Positions 41,701 through 52,741 of a stretch of 64,000 nt of DNA are shown here, piece after piece. The notes below the pieces were generated by a model. It was not told the origin of the DNA. It was given only the letters and a program-made list of their open reading frames with translations, and made no database searches. Numbering within the stretch: position 1 is the stretch's first letter; the number at the start of each line of letters is the position of its first letter. The translations under genes and the position numbers were made by a program. This DNA is from an uncultured Alphaproteobacteria bacterium (GTDB taxonomy: Bacteria; Pseudomonadota; Alphaproteobacteria; Rhizobiales; Xanthobacteraceae). The stretch covers positions 8,940 through 72,939 of the forward strand of contig CAWDJS010000008.1 of NCBI GenBank assembly GCA_963802585.1. Direction: 5' to 3'.

Positions 41701-42582
41701 ATGGAAAACCGCGCGATCTTTTCGGGAAAGGCGCTCGCCTATCTCCTGATACTGCCGCAGCTTGCGGTCTCCCTGATCTTTTTCTACTGGCCGGCGGCGC
41801 AGGCGCTCTGGCAATCCTTCCTCGTCCAGGATGCCTTCGGGCTCTCGACCGAATTCGTCTGGTTCGAGAACTACGTCGTTCTGCTGCAGCAGCCCGGCTA
41901 CTATCACGCCATCGGCGTGACCTTCCTGTTCTCGGCGCTGGTGGTGTTCTTTTCCATGAGCCTCGGGCTGCTGCTTGCCGTGATGGCCAACCACAACATT
42001 CGCGGCGTGCAGGTCTACCGCACTTTCCTGATCATCCCCTATGCCGTGGCGCCGGCGGTCGCGAGCGTGCTCTTCATCTTCATGTTCCAGCCCGGGCTCG
42101 GCATGATCGCCCGTGCCTTGCAGCGCAACGGCATCGACTGGAATCCGGTGCTCAACGGCAACCATGCGATGATCCTGATCGTCATCGTCGCGGTCTGGAA
42201 CCAGATCAGCTACAATTTCCTGTTCTTCCTCGCCGGCCTGCAGTCGATCCCGAAGAGCGTGATCGAGGCCGCCGCGATCGACGGGGCGCGGCCGATGCGG
42301 CGGTTCTGGACCATCATCTTCCCGCTGCTGTCGCCGACCACCTTCTTCCTGATCGTGGTCAACATCACCTACGCGTTCTTCAACACGCTTGGCATCATCG
42401 ACACCGCGACCGGCGGCGGCCCGAACGGCGCCACAGCCACGCTGGTCTACAAGGTGTTCCTGGACGGCAAGGCCGGCTCCGATCTCGGCGGCTCGGCGGC
42501 ACAGTCGGTGATCCTGATGATCATCGTGGTCGCGCTGACCGCCTTCCAGTTCCGCTACGTCGAGAAGAAGGTGCATTACTAG
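41701..42582 (+). CDS. ugpA: Glycerol-3-phosphate ABC permease
   Basis: EAAAIDGA EAA loop, FYWPAAQAL and SAAQSVILM motifs. Confidence 0.93.
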   Translation: MENRAIFSGKALAYLLILPQLAVSLIFFYWPAAQALWQSFLVQDAFGLSTEFVWFENYVVLLQQPGYYHAIGVTFLFSALVVFFSMSLGLLLAVMANHNIRGVQVYRTFLIIPYAVAPAVASVLFIFMFQPGLGMIARALQRNGIDWNPVLNGNHAMILIVIVAVWNQISYNFLFFLAGLQSIPKSVIEAAAIDGARPMRRFWTIIFPLLSPTTFFLIVVNITYAFFNTLGIIDTATGGGPNGATATLVYKVFLDGKAGSDLGGSAAQSVILMIIVVALTAFQFRYVEKKVHY

Positions 42583-42744
42583 TGCCGCCGATTTGAAGTT
42601 CCTTCAGAGCAAGCGGCAAATTCGGTTAGGAACTTCAAATCGATAAGCGGCACTAGAATTATGAGTTTGGCTAGCGCCCTTATCTTTCCGAAGTTCGAAA
42701 GAAAGGCGCTGAAACTGATGACGAACTTCGGAAAGGGGCGCTAG
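42579..42744. repeat. Pair of CTAG-bounded long palindromes between ugpA and ugpE
   Basis: 42579-42656 and 42671-42744 each begin and end with CTAG, share a GAAGTTC core and carry mirrored ATAA/TTAT 4-nt bulges. Confidence 0.75.
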
Positions 42745-42746
42745 CT

Positions 42747-43595
42747 ATGGTCGAGCACCGGCGATTTGGAAATTGGCTGCCTCACCTCGTACTGCTCCTG
42801 GGCGTGATCGTCGTCGCCTTCCCGGTATATCTGGCGATTGTCGCCTCGACCTATGACAATGCCACCATCGCCAACGGGCAGATGCCGCTCTATCCGGGCA
42901 CGCATGGCCTGGAAACCTATTGGCACACCATCGTCTCCGGCACCGGCAAAACCACACGCCAGCCGGTTGGCAGCATGATGGTCGCGAGCTTCGTCATGGC
43001 GGTCGGCATCGCGCTCGGCAAAATCGCAATCTCGATCATCTCGGCCTATGCGATCGTGTTCTTTTCCTTCCCGTTCCGGATGACCGCGTTCTGGGCCATC
43101 TTCATCACGCTGATGCTGCCGGTCGAGGTGCGCATTTTCCCGACCTACAAGATCACCTCCGACCTGCACCTGCTGGATTCCTATTCCGGCCTGATCCTGC
43201 CCCTGATCGCGTCCGCCACCGCGACGCTGTTGTTCCGGCAGTTCTTCATGACCGTACCAAAAGAGCTGGTGGAAGCCTCGAAGATGGACGGCGCCGGCCC
43301 GATCCGCTTCTTCTTCGATACGCTGCTGCCGCTGTCGGTGACCAATATCGCAGCCCTGTTCGTGATCCTCTTCATCTATGGCTGGAATCAATATCTGTGG
43401 CCGCTCCTGATCACGACGCGCGACGACATGCAGACCATCGTCATCGGCATCAAAAAGATCATCGACGTCCATGACGCGCTCACCGAATGGTCGGTGGCGA
43501 TGGCAACCGCCGTGCTCGCCATGCTGCCACCGGTCGCGGTCGTCGTGCTGTTGCAGCGCCTGTTCGTCAAAGGCCTGATCGAGACGGAGAAGTAA
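42747..43595 (+). CDS. ugpE: Glycerol-3-phosphate ABC permease
   Basis: LPVEVRIFPTY, EASKMDGA and WNQYLWP motifs. Confidence 0.93.
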   Translation: MVEHRRFGNWLPHLVLLLGVIVVAFPVYLAIVASTYDNATIANGQMPLYPGTHGLETYWHTIVSGTGKTTRQPVGSMMVASFVMAVGIALGKIAISIISAYAIVFFSFPFRMTAFWAIFITLMLPVEVRIFPTYKITSDLHLLDSYSGLILPLIASATATLLFRQFFMTVPKELVEASKMDGAGPIRFFFDTLLPLSVTNIAALFVILFIYGWNQYLWPLLITTRDDMQTIVIGIKKIIDVHDALTEWSVAMATAVLAMLPPVAVVVLLQRLFVKGLIETEK

Positions 43596-43598
43596 GGT

Positions 43599-44684
<1,086 letters not shown>

Positions 44685-44721
44685 CGCAGGGTTAACGGCC
44701 TTTAGGGCACTTCCAGAGGTG

Positions 44722-44750
44722 CTTGAACGCCCTGACGGCGATGCCCATAT
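44722..44750 (+). promoter_or_regulatory. Sigma-32 (RpoH)-type promoter
   Basis: CTTGAA-N16-CCCATAT upstream of a small heat-shock gene. Confidence 0.7.
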
Positions 44751-44788
44751 TGATGCGCAAGGGGTGCCGTAAAGGGCCCTGAAACATC

Positions 44789-44810
44789 AAAGTCGCTTCG
44801 AGAGGACTTT
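44789..44810 (+). promoter_or_regulatory. ROSE-like RNA thermometer hairpin over the Shine-Dalgarno
   Basis: AAAGTCGCT-TCG-AGAGGACTTT. The U(U/C)GCU motif pairs with AGAGGA. Confidence 0.6.
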
Positions 44811-44817
44811 GTAAACT

Positions 44818-45243
44818 ATGTCTCGTGTTCCTTCGCTCTCCAGTCCGTTCCTGCTGGGATTCGACGAAATCGAGCGCGTGCTCGATCGCGTCGTCAAGGG
44901 CGCCGACGGTTACCCTCCCTACAATATCGAGAGGTGTGAACGGTCAAACGGTGCGCCCGAAAGGTTGCGAATCACGCTGGCGGTGGCGGGTTTTACCCGT
45001 GACCAACTCGATGTAACCATTGAGGAAAACCAGCTCGTGATCCGGGGCCGGCAGCAGGACGACAAGGCCCGGCAATACATTCATCGCGGCATTGCGGCGC
45101 GCCACTTTCAGCGCACCTTCGTGCTCGCGGAAGGGATGCACGTGCTGGGTGCGGATCTAAAGAACGGGCTGTTGTCGATCGATCTTGCCCGGCCCGAACC
45201 GGAGAAGGTCGTTAAGACAATCGCTATCAATGAACACGAATAA
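44818..45243 (+). CDS. Hsp20/IbpA-family small heat shock protein
   Basis: GYPPYNIE, LAVAGF, HRGIAARHFQRTF and LKNGLLSIDL motifs. Confidence 0.95.
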   Translation: MSRVPSLSSPFLLGFDEIERVLDRVVKGADGYPPYNIERCERSNGAPERLRITLAVAGFTRDQLDVTIEENQLVIRGRQQDDKARQYIHRGIAARHFQRTFVLAEGMHVLGADLKNGLLSIDLARPEPEKVVKTIAINEHE

Positions 45244-45292
45244 TGGAACGAGTAGCGGACTCGACCGCTTATGTCTCAGAGGAGTCGAGACC

Positions 45293-45556
45293 ATGACTGA
45301 AGGTAATGTTGCGTCAGAACCGCGCGTCTCGCTGGAGGCGCTGGCCCATCTTGGCGAAGGTCATATCGCCTATGTGAAGCAGATCCGCTCCGAGGACGTG
45401 CCGGGGCTGTTCCCGCAGGCGCCGAACCTTGCGCCGGGACTAAAACTTTTCGCGCTTCACGCCGCTGACGGCACGCCGATCATGCTGACCGATTCGCGCG
45501 AAGCCGCGGTCGCGAATGCCTGGAGCAACGAGCTGCAGGCGGTTAGCGTCCACTAG
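45293..45556 (+). CDS. DUF1150 family protein
   Basis: LGEGHIAYVK, LFALHAADGTPIML and SVH C-terminus. Typical hsp20 neighbour. GAGGAG RBS. Confidence 0.85.
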   Translation: MTEGNVASEPRVSLEALAHLGEGHIAYVKQIRSEDVPGLFPQAPNLAPGLKLFALHAADGTPIMLTDSREAAVANAWSNELQAVSVH

Positions 45557-45610
45557 GCCGATCGCCGGCCGGCGCGTGCGTCGACGCGCCGCAGGGCACG
45601 AGTTTTCAAG

Positions 45611-45646
45611 GCGCGGGTGTTGTCTCCAAGGAGACGGCGCCCGCGC
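45611..45646. terminator. Hairpin between convergent DUF1150 and ptsN
   Basis: GCGCGGGTGTTGTCTCC-AA-GGAGACGGCGCCCGCGC. Confidence 0.55.
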
Positions 45647-45743
45647 ATTTTTAATTGCAGACGTCTTTAGTTGCAGACTTGGCCCAAGCGTTGGCGTTCA
45701 CGGACAAGACCGTGTGCAATTCGCGGAAAGCAGCTAACGGGAG

Positions 45744-46205
45744 TCAGGCGGCGGTCGCCGGCGGCAGCGCCAGCACCGAATAGATCGCCTGCGCGTCGCG
45801 GGAGGCGCGCAGCTTCTTGGCGACATCCTGGTCGCGCAGCAGCCGGGCGATGCGCGCCAGCGCCTTCAGGTGGTCGGCGCCGGCCCCTTCCGGCGCAAGC
45901 AGCAGGAAGACGAGGTCGACCGGCTGGCCGTCCATGGCTTCGAAGTCGATGGGACGTTCCAAACGAGCAAAGAGGCCGAACAGCTTTTCAAGCTTGGGCA
46001 GCTTGCCGTGGGGAATGGCGACGCCATAGCCGACCGCGGTGGTACCGAGCTTCTCGCGCTGCAACAGAACCTCGAATACGGCGCGCTCGTTCTGGCCGGT
46101 CAGCTCGGCGGCTTTCGCCGCCAGCTCCTGCAATGCCTGCTTCTTGCTGTTCACTTTCAACGCCGGGAGGATCGCCTCGGGTGCGACCAGGTCGGTAATC
46201 GTCAT
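45744..46205 (-). CDS. ptsN: PTS IIA-Ntr nitrogen regulatory protein
   Basis: REKLGTTAVGYGVAIPHGK and GADHLKALARIAR motifs. Start at MTITD. Confidence 0.96.
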   Translation of the reverse strand: MTITDLVAPEAILPALKVNSKKQALQELAAKAAELTGQNERAVFEVLLQREKLGTTAVGYGVAIPHGKLPKLEKLFGLFARLERPIDFEAMDGQPVDLVFLLLAPEGAGADHLKALARIARLLRDQDVAKKLRASRDAQAIYSVLALPPATAA

Positions 46206-46424
46206 TGGGCGTTCCGAGGTGAATTGAACCGTCAGGTTGCGAAATAGGCCTTGGCCGGCCGGCGTCAAGAAGCTTGGCTGGGAGGCGGGCTCTGCGTGCC
46301 CGGGTCCGTGATTTGGGGGGCTTCTACTCCAACACAACGGCGGTGCCAACACCTGCGAGCAGCTAACCTTAAAAACCGTGGAGGAAAGTGGGCGGCCCAA
46401 AAAAGCGTCAAAAAGCCCGCAAGT

Positions 46425-47027
46425 TTACGGCTTGACCGCGGGCGGATCGACCCAGCCGATATTGCCGTCCGAGCGGCGGTAGATGATGTTCAGCCGGCCG
46501 CTCGAGCCATGCTGGAATACCAGGCAGGCCGCACCGGTCAAATCCAGCTCCATCACGGCTTCCGAGACCGAAAGCCGCTTCAGTGAGGTGGTCGCCTCCG
46601 CGATGATGACGGGGCTATAGCCGGAGACTTCGTCATCGCCTTCGCCAGGGGCCTCGATCACATAGCTCGGCGCATCCAGGGTCGGCGCGTCGATCTCCGC
46701 CAGCGCCGCGGCGGCCACATGCGCCTTGCGCGCCGAGCGATCCTTCAACCTGCTCTTGTAGCGGCGCAACCGCTTTTCGATCATGAGCAGCGCCGCGTCG
46801 GCACTGGCATAGGCGTCGGCGGCGTTCGATTCGGCTTCCAGCGTCACGCCGGAATCCAGGTGCAGCGCGCAATCGGTGCGGAAACCGAAGCCATCCTTGG
46901 AGAGCGTGATGTGTCCGGAATAATTGCCGTCGAAATATTTGCGCAGCACTTCGTTGGTGCGTTCGCTGACGCGGTCGCGCAGCGCTTCACCGACGCTGAT
47001 GCTCTTTCCCGAAATCCGGAGAGTCAT
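46425..47027 (-). CDS. hpf: Ribosome hibernation promoting factor (long HPF)
   Basis: MTLRISGKSISVG, RLRRYKSRLK and SVSEAVMELD...YRRSDGNIGWVDP motifs. Confidence 0.94.
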   Translation of the reverse strand: MTLRISGKSISVGEALRDRVSERTNEVLRKYFDGNYSGHITLSKDGFGFRTDCALHLDSGVTLEAESNAADAYASADAALLMIEKRLRRYKSRLKDRSARKAHVAAAALAEIDAPTLDAPSYVIEAPGEGDDEVSGYSPVIIAEATTSLKRLSVSEAVMELDLTGAACLVFQHGSSGRLNIIYRRSDGNIGWVDPPAVKP

Positions 47028-47120
47028 GGGATGCCTCGTTTCGATAGTCCAAAAAAGCCGAGACTAAACCGATTTGAACAAGGCGCAACAATGGCCTTGG
47101 CCATTGCAGCTTTGGCAATT

Positions 47121-48740
47121 TCAGGTCGGCAACAGAAGCGAGCTCTGCTTGTCACGGCGGCGCTGCACCGAGGAAGGAATACGCATGGCCTCGCGGTATT
47201 TCGCGACCGTGCGGCGGGCAATATCAATGCCGGATTCGCGCAATCGTTCCACGATGGTGTCGTCGGAGAGGATCGCGGTCGGATTTTCCGCGTCGATCAG
47301 CTGCTTGATGTGATGACGGACGGCTTCGGCCGAATGGGCTTCGCCGCCGTCGGCGGACGCGATCGAGGCGGTGAAGAAATATTTTAGTTCAAAGGTACCG
47401 CGATTCGTCGCCATGTATTTGTTGGCGGTGACGCGAGAGACCGTCGATTTGTGCATCTGGATCGCATCCGCCACCGCTTTCAGATTGAGCGGCCGCAAAT
47501 GCGCGACACCATGGGTGAAGAATCCGTCCTGCTGGCGCACGATTTCGGTCGCGACCTTCAGGATGGTGCGGGCGCGCTGGTCGAGCGCGCGCACCAGCCA
47601 GGTCGCGTTCTGCAGGCAATCCGTGAAATAGGACTTGTCGCCATCCTTGCGGATCGTCTTCGACAATTCGGTGTAATAGGTCTGGTTCACCAGCACGCGC
47701 GGCAACGTGTCGCTGTTGAGCTCGACATGCCAGCCGCCGTCGGGACCGGGCCGCACATAGACGTCCGGCACCATGGTCTGCATCCGCGACGCGCCGAATT
47801 TCAATCCGGGCTTCGGATCGAGCCGGCGGATTTCGCCGATCATGTCGTTGATGTCGTCGTCATCGACGCCGCAGAGTTTTCGCAGACCGGCGACGTCGCG
47901 CTTGGCGAGGAGATCGAGATGCTCGACCAGCGCCTGCATGGCGGGGTCGTAGCGGTTGAGCTCGCGGAGCTGGATCGCCAGGCATTCGCTCAGGTTGCGC
48001 GCACAGACGCCGGGCGGATCGAATTTCTGCAGCGCTGCCAGCACGACCTCGACCTCGGCCTGCGAGGCCCCCAACCGCTCGGCGACCCCTCCAAGATCGG
48101 CCGGCAGGTAACCGGCGTCGTCGACGAGATCGATCAAATATTGCCCGATCATGCGCTGCGCCGGGGCGGAGAAGGCGACCGCGAGTTGCTCGGCGAGATG
48201 GCCGGACAAGGTCACTTCGGCGGCGACAAAGGCCTCGAGATTGTAGTCCTCGTCGTTGGACGCGCCGCCACCCCATTCGGTGTAGGTGGTGGGCGCGGCA
48301 TCCTGCGCGTTGCGGGCTGCGGCTTCCGCCGGCTCTTCGGAAAACACGTTGTCGAGGCCGGTATCCAGCGTCTGCTCGATCTCGGCCCGGCTGCCGAGAT
48401 CGGGGCTCATCCATTCTTCCTGGGCCGGCTCAGAACCGGCCTCGAACCCCTCGCCGCCACCTGCGGCCTCGGCGTGGCCGGCCGAAAACTCCTCGCCGTT
48501 GAAACTGGAGCCCTCGTCGTCGCCGGAGAATTCGGGCCGTTCCGGACCCAGTTCGCCCGCGACCGTCGGTTCCGGGCCGTCGCTGGCCCGATCCAGGAGC
48601 GGATTGCGCTCCAGTTCTTCCTCGACGAAGGCCGACAGATCGAGATTGGAGAGCTGCAGCAGCTTGATGGCTTGCATCAGCTGCGGGGTCATCACCAGCG
48701 ACTGCGACTGGCGGAACTCTAATCTCTGGGTTAGCGCCAT
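47121..48740 (-). CDS. rpoN: RNA polymerase sigma-54 factor
   Basis: QSQSLVMTPQLMQAIKLLQ N-terminus and the RpoN box ARRTVAKYRE. Located in the lptB-rpoN-hpf-ptsN cluster. Confidence 0.97.
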   Translation of the reverse strand: MALTQRLEFRQSQSLVMTPQLMQAIKLLQLSNLDLSAFVEEELERNPLLDRASDGPEPTVAGELGPERPEFSGDDEGSSFNGEEFSAGHAEAAGGGEGFEAGSEPAQEEWMSPDLGSRAEIEQTLDTGLDNVFSEEPAEAAARNAQDAAPTTYTEWGGGASNDEDYNLEAFVAAEVTLSGHLAEQLAVAFSAPAQRMIGQYLIDLVDDAGYLPADLGGVAERLGASQAEVEVVLAALQKFDPPGVCARNLSECLAIQLRELNRYDPAMQALVEHLDLLAKRDVAGLRKLCGVDDDDINDMIGEIRRLDPKPGLKFGASRMQTMVPDVYVRPGPDGGWHVELNSDTLPRVLVNQTYYTELSKTIRKDGDKSYFTDCLQNATWLVRALDQRARTILKVATEIVRQQDGFFTHGVAHLRPLNLKAVADAIQMHKSTVSRVTANKYMATNRGTFELKYFFTASIASADGGEAHSAEAVRHHIKQLIDAENPTAILSDDTIVERLRESGIDIARRTVAKYREAMRIPSSVQRRRDKQSSLLLPT

Positions 48741-48765
48741 GGAGGCAAGAACGATCCGTGAAAAC

Positions 48766-48781
48766 TGGTCCGATTCTTGCT
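48766..48781 (+). promoter_or_regulatory. Sigma-54 (-24/-12) site antisense to rpoN, putative autorepression site
   Basis: TGGTCC-GATTC-TTGCT (GG-N10-GC), 26 bp upstream of the rpoN start codon. Confidence 0.65.
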
Positions 48782-48888
48782 TAGCTTAGTCCACAGCCCT
48801 TGTATATGGCTTGACGGATGCAATTTTTGGGCTAAAGCCGCGCATCCCACAAAGTAGTTACCGGACTTTCGCTGCGCTGCGGTACGGA

Positions 48889-50031
<1,143 letters not shown>

Positions 50032-50051
50032 CCCCGCTTTGCCCAGGCCTG

Positions 50052-50137
50052 GCGCATGATCCGGAAAAGTGGAGACCGGTTTTCCGAAAGATCATGCGCA
50101 AACAAGAATCTAAGAGCGCGACAGCCATCGCGCTCTT
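50052..50137. repeat. RIME/Bru-RS-like element (copy 4, reverse orientation, two modules)
   Basis: GCGCATGATCCGGAAAAGTGG...CCGGTTTTCCGAAAGATCATGCGCAAACAAG followed by AAGAGCGCGA...TCGCGCTCTT. Confidence 0.8.
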
Positions 50138-50304
50138 CGTGAGGCGTCCTGACAGCCGCACGCAGCGTGTTTGATTCGCCCGCCCAGCATGAAGCAAGGG
50201 ATGTTCCTTGCCCAGCGGAGCACCCCAAATCCCCCGGCGTAGATACAGGCTCGCAGCCGACGGTTCAACCTCGCCGCACCGCACTATTTAACAAGTGACT
50301 GATG

Positions 50305-51048
50305 TTATTTCGGTTTGCCCGGAGTGACGGCCGGCAGCGGCGAGCCGCCACCAGGCTTGGCCGGGCCGCAATCGCCTCCGCCGCCCTGCGGGAGCAGAGC
50401 CTGCACCCTGCCGCTGTCGGACTCGACGCGCGACACGCCGGTCGTCATGTCCACCATCAGGCGGTCGCCCCGCAGCACGTTCTTGCACTGGGTCAGCACC
50501 ACTTGATCACCATGGCCGCCGAGCATGGTGATCAGATTGGCCTTGGTGTCGAACACCGCGGTCTCGCCGGTGACGACCTGGTCCTTTTGGACCACGACAA
50601 CATTGCCGCGCGCTTCCAGCCGCTTGATCGACGACGCGCCGCCGGGACCGGGGGTTGCCGACTGCATCGGCGCGCCGGCGGCGGGTTTCGCGCCGGCCTT
50701 GGCATTCGCGGGCGCCGCCGACGGAGGTGTGCCAGATCCGCCGCTCAACTCGTAAAACACCACCAGCGTCTTCGACGTCATGGTGGTGTCGCCCTGCACC
50801 ACCTTCACATTGCCGGAGAAGGTCGCTTCCTTTTTCTTGTCACGCATCTCGAGCGATGCGGCTTCGATCTGGATCGGCTGATCGCGATTTTGCGTAAAAC
50901 CCTGCATCGCATTGGGCACATTCGACACCGCGCTTTGCGCGCGGGTCTCGAAGGCCGTCGCCGCCGACGCGAGCACCAGCGCCGCCGCGATGGCGCGCCC
51001 TGCCCTCGGTTCGAGGCCGCATCGGAAAAACTGCGTCATGGGGCTCAT
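50305..51048 (-). CDS. lptA: LPS transport periplasmic protein LptA (OstA-like)
   Basis: Signal peptide, PIQIEAASLE, FSGNVKVVQG and NVLRGDRL motifs. Confidence 0.9.
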   Translation of the reverse strand: MSPMTQFFRCGLEPRAGRAIAAALVLASAATAFETRAQSAVSNVPNAMQGFTQNRDQPIQIEAASLEMRDKKKEATFSGNVKVVQGDTTMTSKTLVVFYELSGGSGTPPSAAPANAKAGAKPAAGAPMQSATPGPGGASSIKRLEARGNVVVVQKDQVVTGETAVFDTKANLITMLGGHGDQVVLTQCKNVLRGDRLMVDMTTGVSRVESDSGRVQALLPQGGGGDCGPAKPGGGSPLPAVTPGKPK

Positions 51049-51776
51049 TTCGAGTTGGCGGATTTGTTGTTCGATTTCGTCTTCGCCGGCGGCGCCGGCT
51101 CCGGCGCGGCCTGCGAGCCGTCGTCGGTGTTGAGATGGTCGAGATTCATCACGACGTTGCCTTCGAAGCGGATGATTTCGCCGCCGTTGATGATGCGGAG
51201 ACGATCCGAGGACAACGTGCCGTTGGTCAGCTTGACGTCGACATGCTCATCGGAATCGACGGTGTTCTTGACCATGTCGACATGGGCCTGGGTCAGACGC
51301 GCTTCATAGCCGGTCGTGGTCTGCAGGAAGATATCCTTGTGCAGATCGAGCGTCTGGGCCTTGTTGTCGAACAGGCCGGTCAGCGAATCCAGGAACACGG
51401 TCGAACCATCCTGCATCAGGAGCTTGGTCCTGAGCTTGTTGAGTTCGACATGATCGGGGTCGGTCACGTCCTGGATCGCCGTCTTGGCCCACATTTCATA
51501 GGGCCGCCGGTCCGGCGTGTAGCCGGCCAGATGCGGCGCCTCCATGGTGATCTTGGTGCCGGAAACCACCAGGTTTCCCATGTCCAGCGGCAGTTTCGGC
51601 ATCAGCATGCGGAACGGGTTGAAGACCGAAATCCCGACCACGGCGGCCATCGCCAGCCCCACGGCGCCCGGCACCGCGATGCGCAGGATCCGCACCATGC
51701 GGCTGTGACGCGCGGCCATGGCAAAGCGCGCCTCGAGGCTCGCCTGCTGCAGGGCTGGGTTCTGGACCGAATTCAC
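51045..51776 (-). CDS. lptC: LPS export protein LptC
   Basis: HSRMVRILRIAVP plus a TM segment, KITMEAPHLAG and RFEGNVVM. GTG start after a GGAGC RBS. Confidence 0.88.
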   Translation of the reverse strand: MNSVQNPALQQASLEARFAMAARHSRMVRILRIAVPGAVGLAMAAVVGISVFNPFRMLMPKLPLDMGNLVVSGTKITMEAPHLAGYTPDRRPYEMWAKTAIQDVTDPDHVELNKLRTKLLMQDGSTVFLDSLTGLFDNKAQTLDLHKDIFLQTTTGYEARLTQAHVDMVKNTVDSDEHVDVKLTNGTLSSDRLRIINGGEIIRFEGNVVMNLDHLNTDDGSQAAPEPAPPAKTKSNNKSANSK

Positions 51777-51912
51777 GGCTGCTCCGACGCACGAATAAGC
51801 GCCATCATACCCGGCCCGGCCGGACAATGCAGCCTGCGACAGGCCTCATGAACGTGTCCGAAACGGGGCGAATCGCCCCAGTTTCGCTGGGATGGGTGAA
51901 CGAAGCGTTGGT

Positions 51913-52527
51913 TCACGAATGCGCGAAAATGTCCTCGGCTTCCCAGCCGGAAAGATCGAGCTTGGCCCGCGAAGGCAGGAAATCGAAGCAGGCCTGTGCG
52001 AGCTCGGTGCGGCCCTCGCGCGCCAGCATTGCATCGAGCTTCTCGCGCAGCGCATGCAAATGCAGCACGTCGGAGGCGGCATAAGCGAGCTGCGCTTCGG
52101 TCAGCGTGGACGAGCCCCAGTCGCTCGATTGTTGCTGCTTCGACAGATCGATGTTGAGCACCTCGCGCACGAGGTCCTTCAATCCGTGGCGATCGGTATA
52201 GGTGCGCGTCAGGCGCGAAGCGATCTTGGTGCAATAGACCGGCTGCGGCATCACACCGAAGGCGTGATAGAGTGCCGCGATGTCGAAGCGGGCGAAATGA
52301 AAGATTTTCGTGAGCGTCGGATTCGCCAGCAGCGCCTTCAGGTTCGGCGCATCCGTATGCCCCTTCGGAATCTGCACGACGTCAGCGCTGCCGTCGCCAT
52401 TCGACAGCTGCACCACGCAGAGCCGGTCGCGATGCGGATTGAGCCCCATGGTCTCGGTGTCGATCGCAACCGATCCGGTGTAGCGGGAGAGATCGGGCAG
52501 GTCGCCGCGATGCAGTCGTACGGTCAT
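51913..52527 (-). CDS. rnd: Ribonuclease D-like 3'-5' exonuclease
   Basis: AIDTETMG, KIFHFARFD, CTKIASR and YAASDV (DEDDy motifs). Confidence 0.9.
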   Translation of the reverse strand: MTVRLHRGDLPDLSRYTGSVAIDTETMGLNPHRDRLCVVQLSNGDGSADVVQIPKGHTDAPNLKALLANPTLTKIFHFARFDIAALYHAFGVMPQPVYCTKIASRLTRTYTDRHGLKDLVREVLNIDLSKQQQSSDWGSSTLTEAQLAYAASDVLHLHALREKLDAMLAREGRTELAQACFDFLPSRAKLDLSGWEAEDIFAHS

Positions 52528-52741
52528 TGTTTTGTTGAACCCCGTCGAATCGTGCGGATCGTAACTGCCGCCTTCGAGGGAAGCGAGCGGCGGACAGCAT
52601 AATCCCAGCCGTTTAACACAGCGACTGGCGGAATGGGGAACCTGCCATAACAAAAAATTGGCTGTCTCACCGGCCGCGTTGCCGATATCGCTGCGCCGCC
52701 CTGCCCCAATGCTCGCGGGGCAGCCAATTCAACGAGGAATC

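Noticed and set aside
47028-47120. Sigma-54 promoter for hpf-ptsN
   Set aside because: The TGGC...TTG candidates on the minus strand do not give GG-N10-GC spacing.
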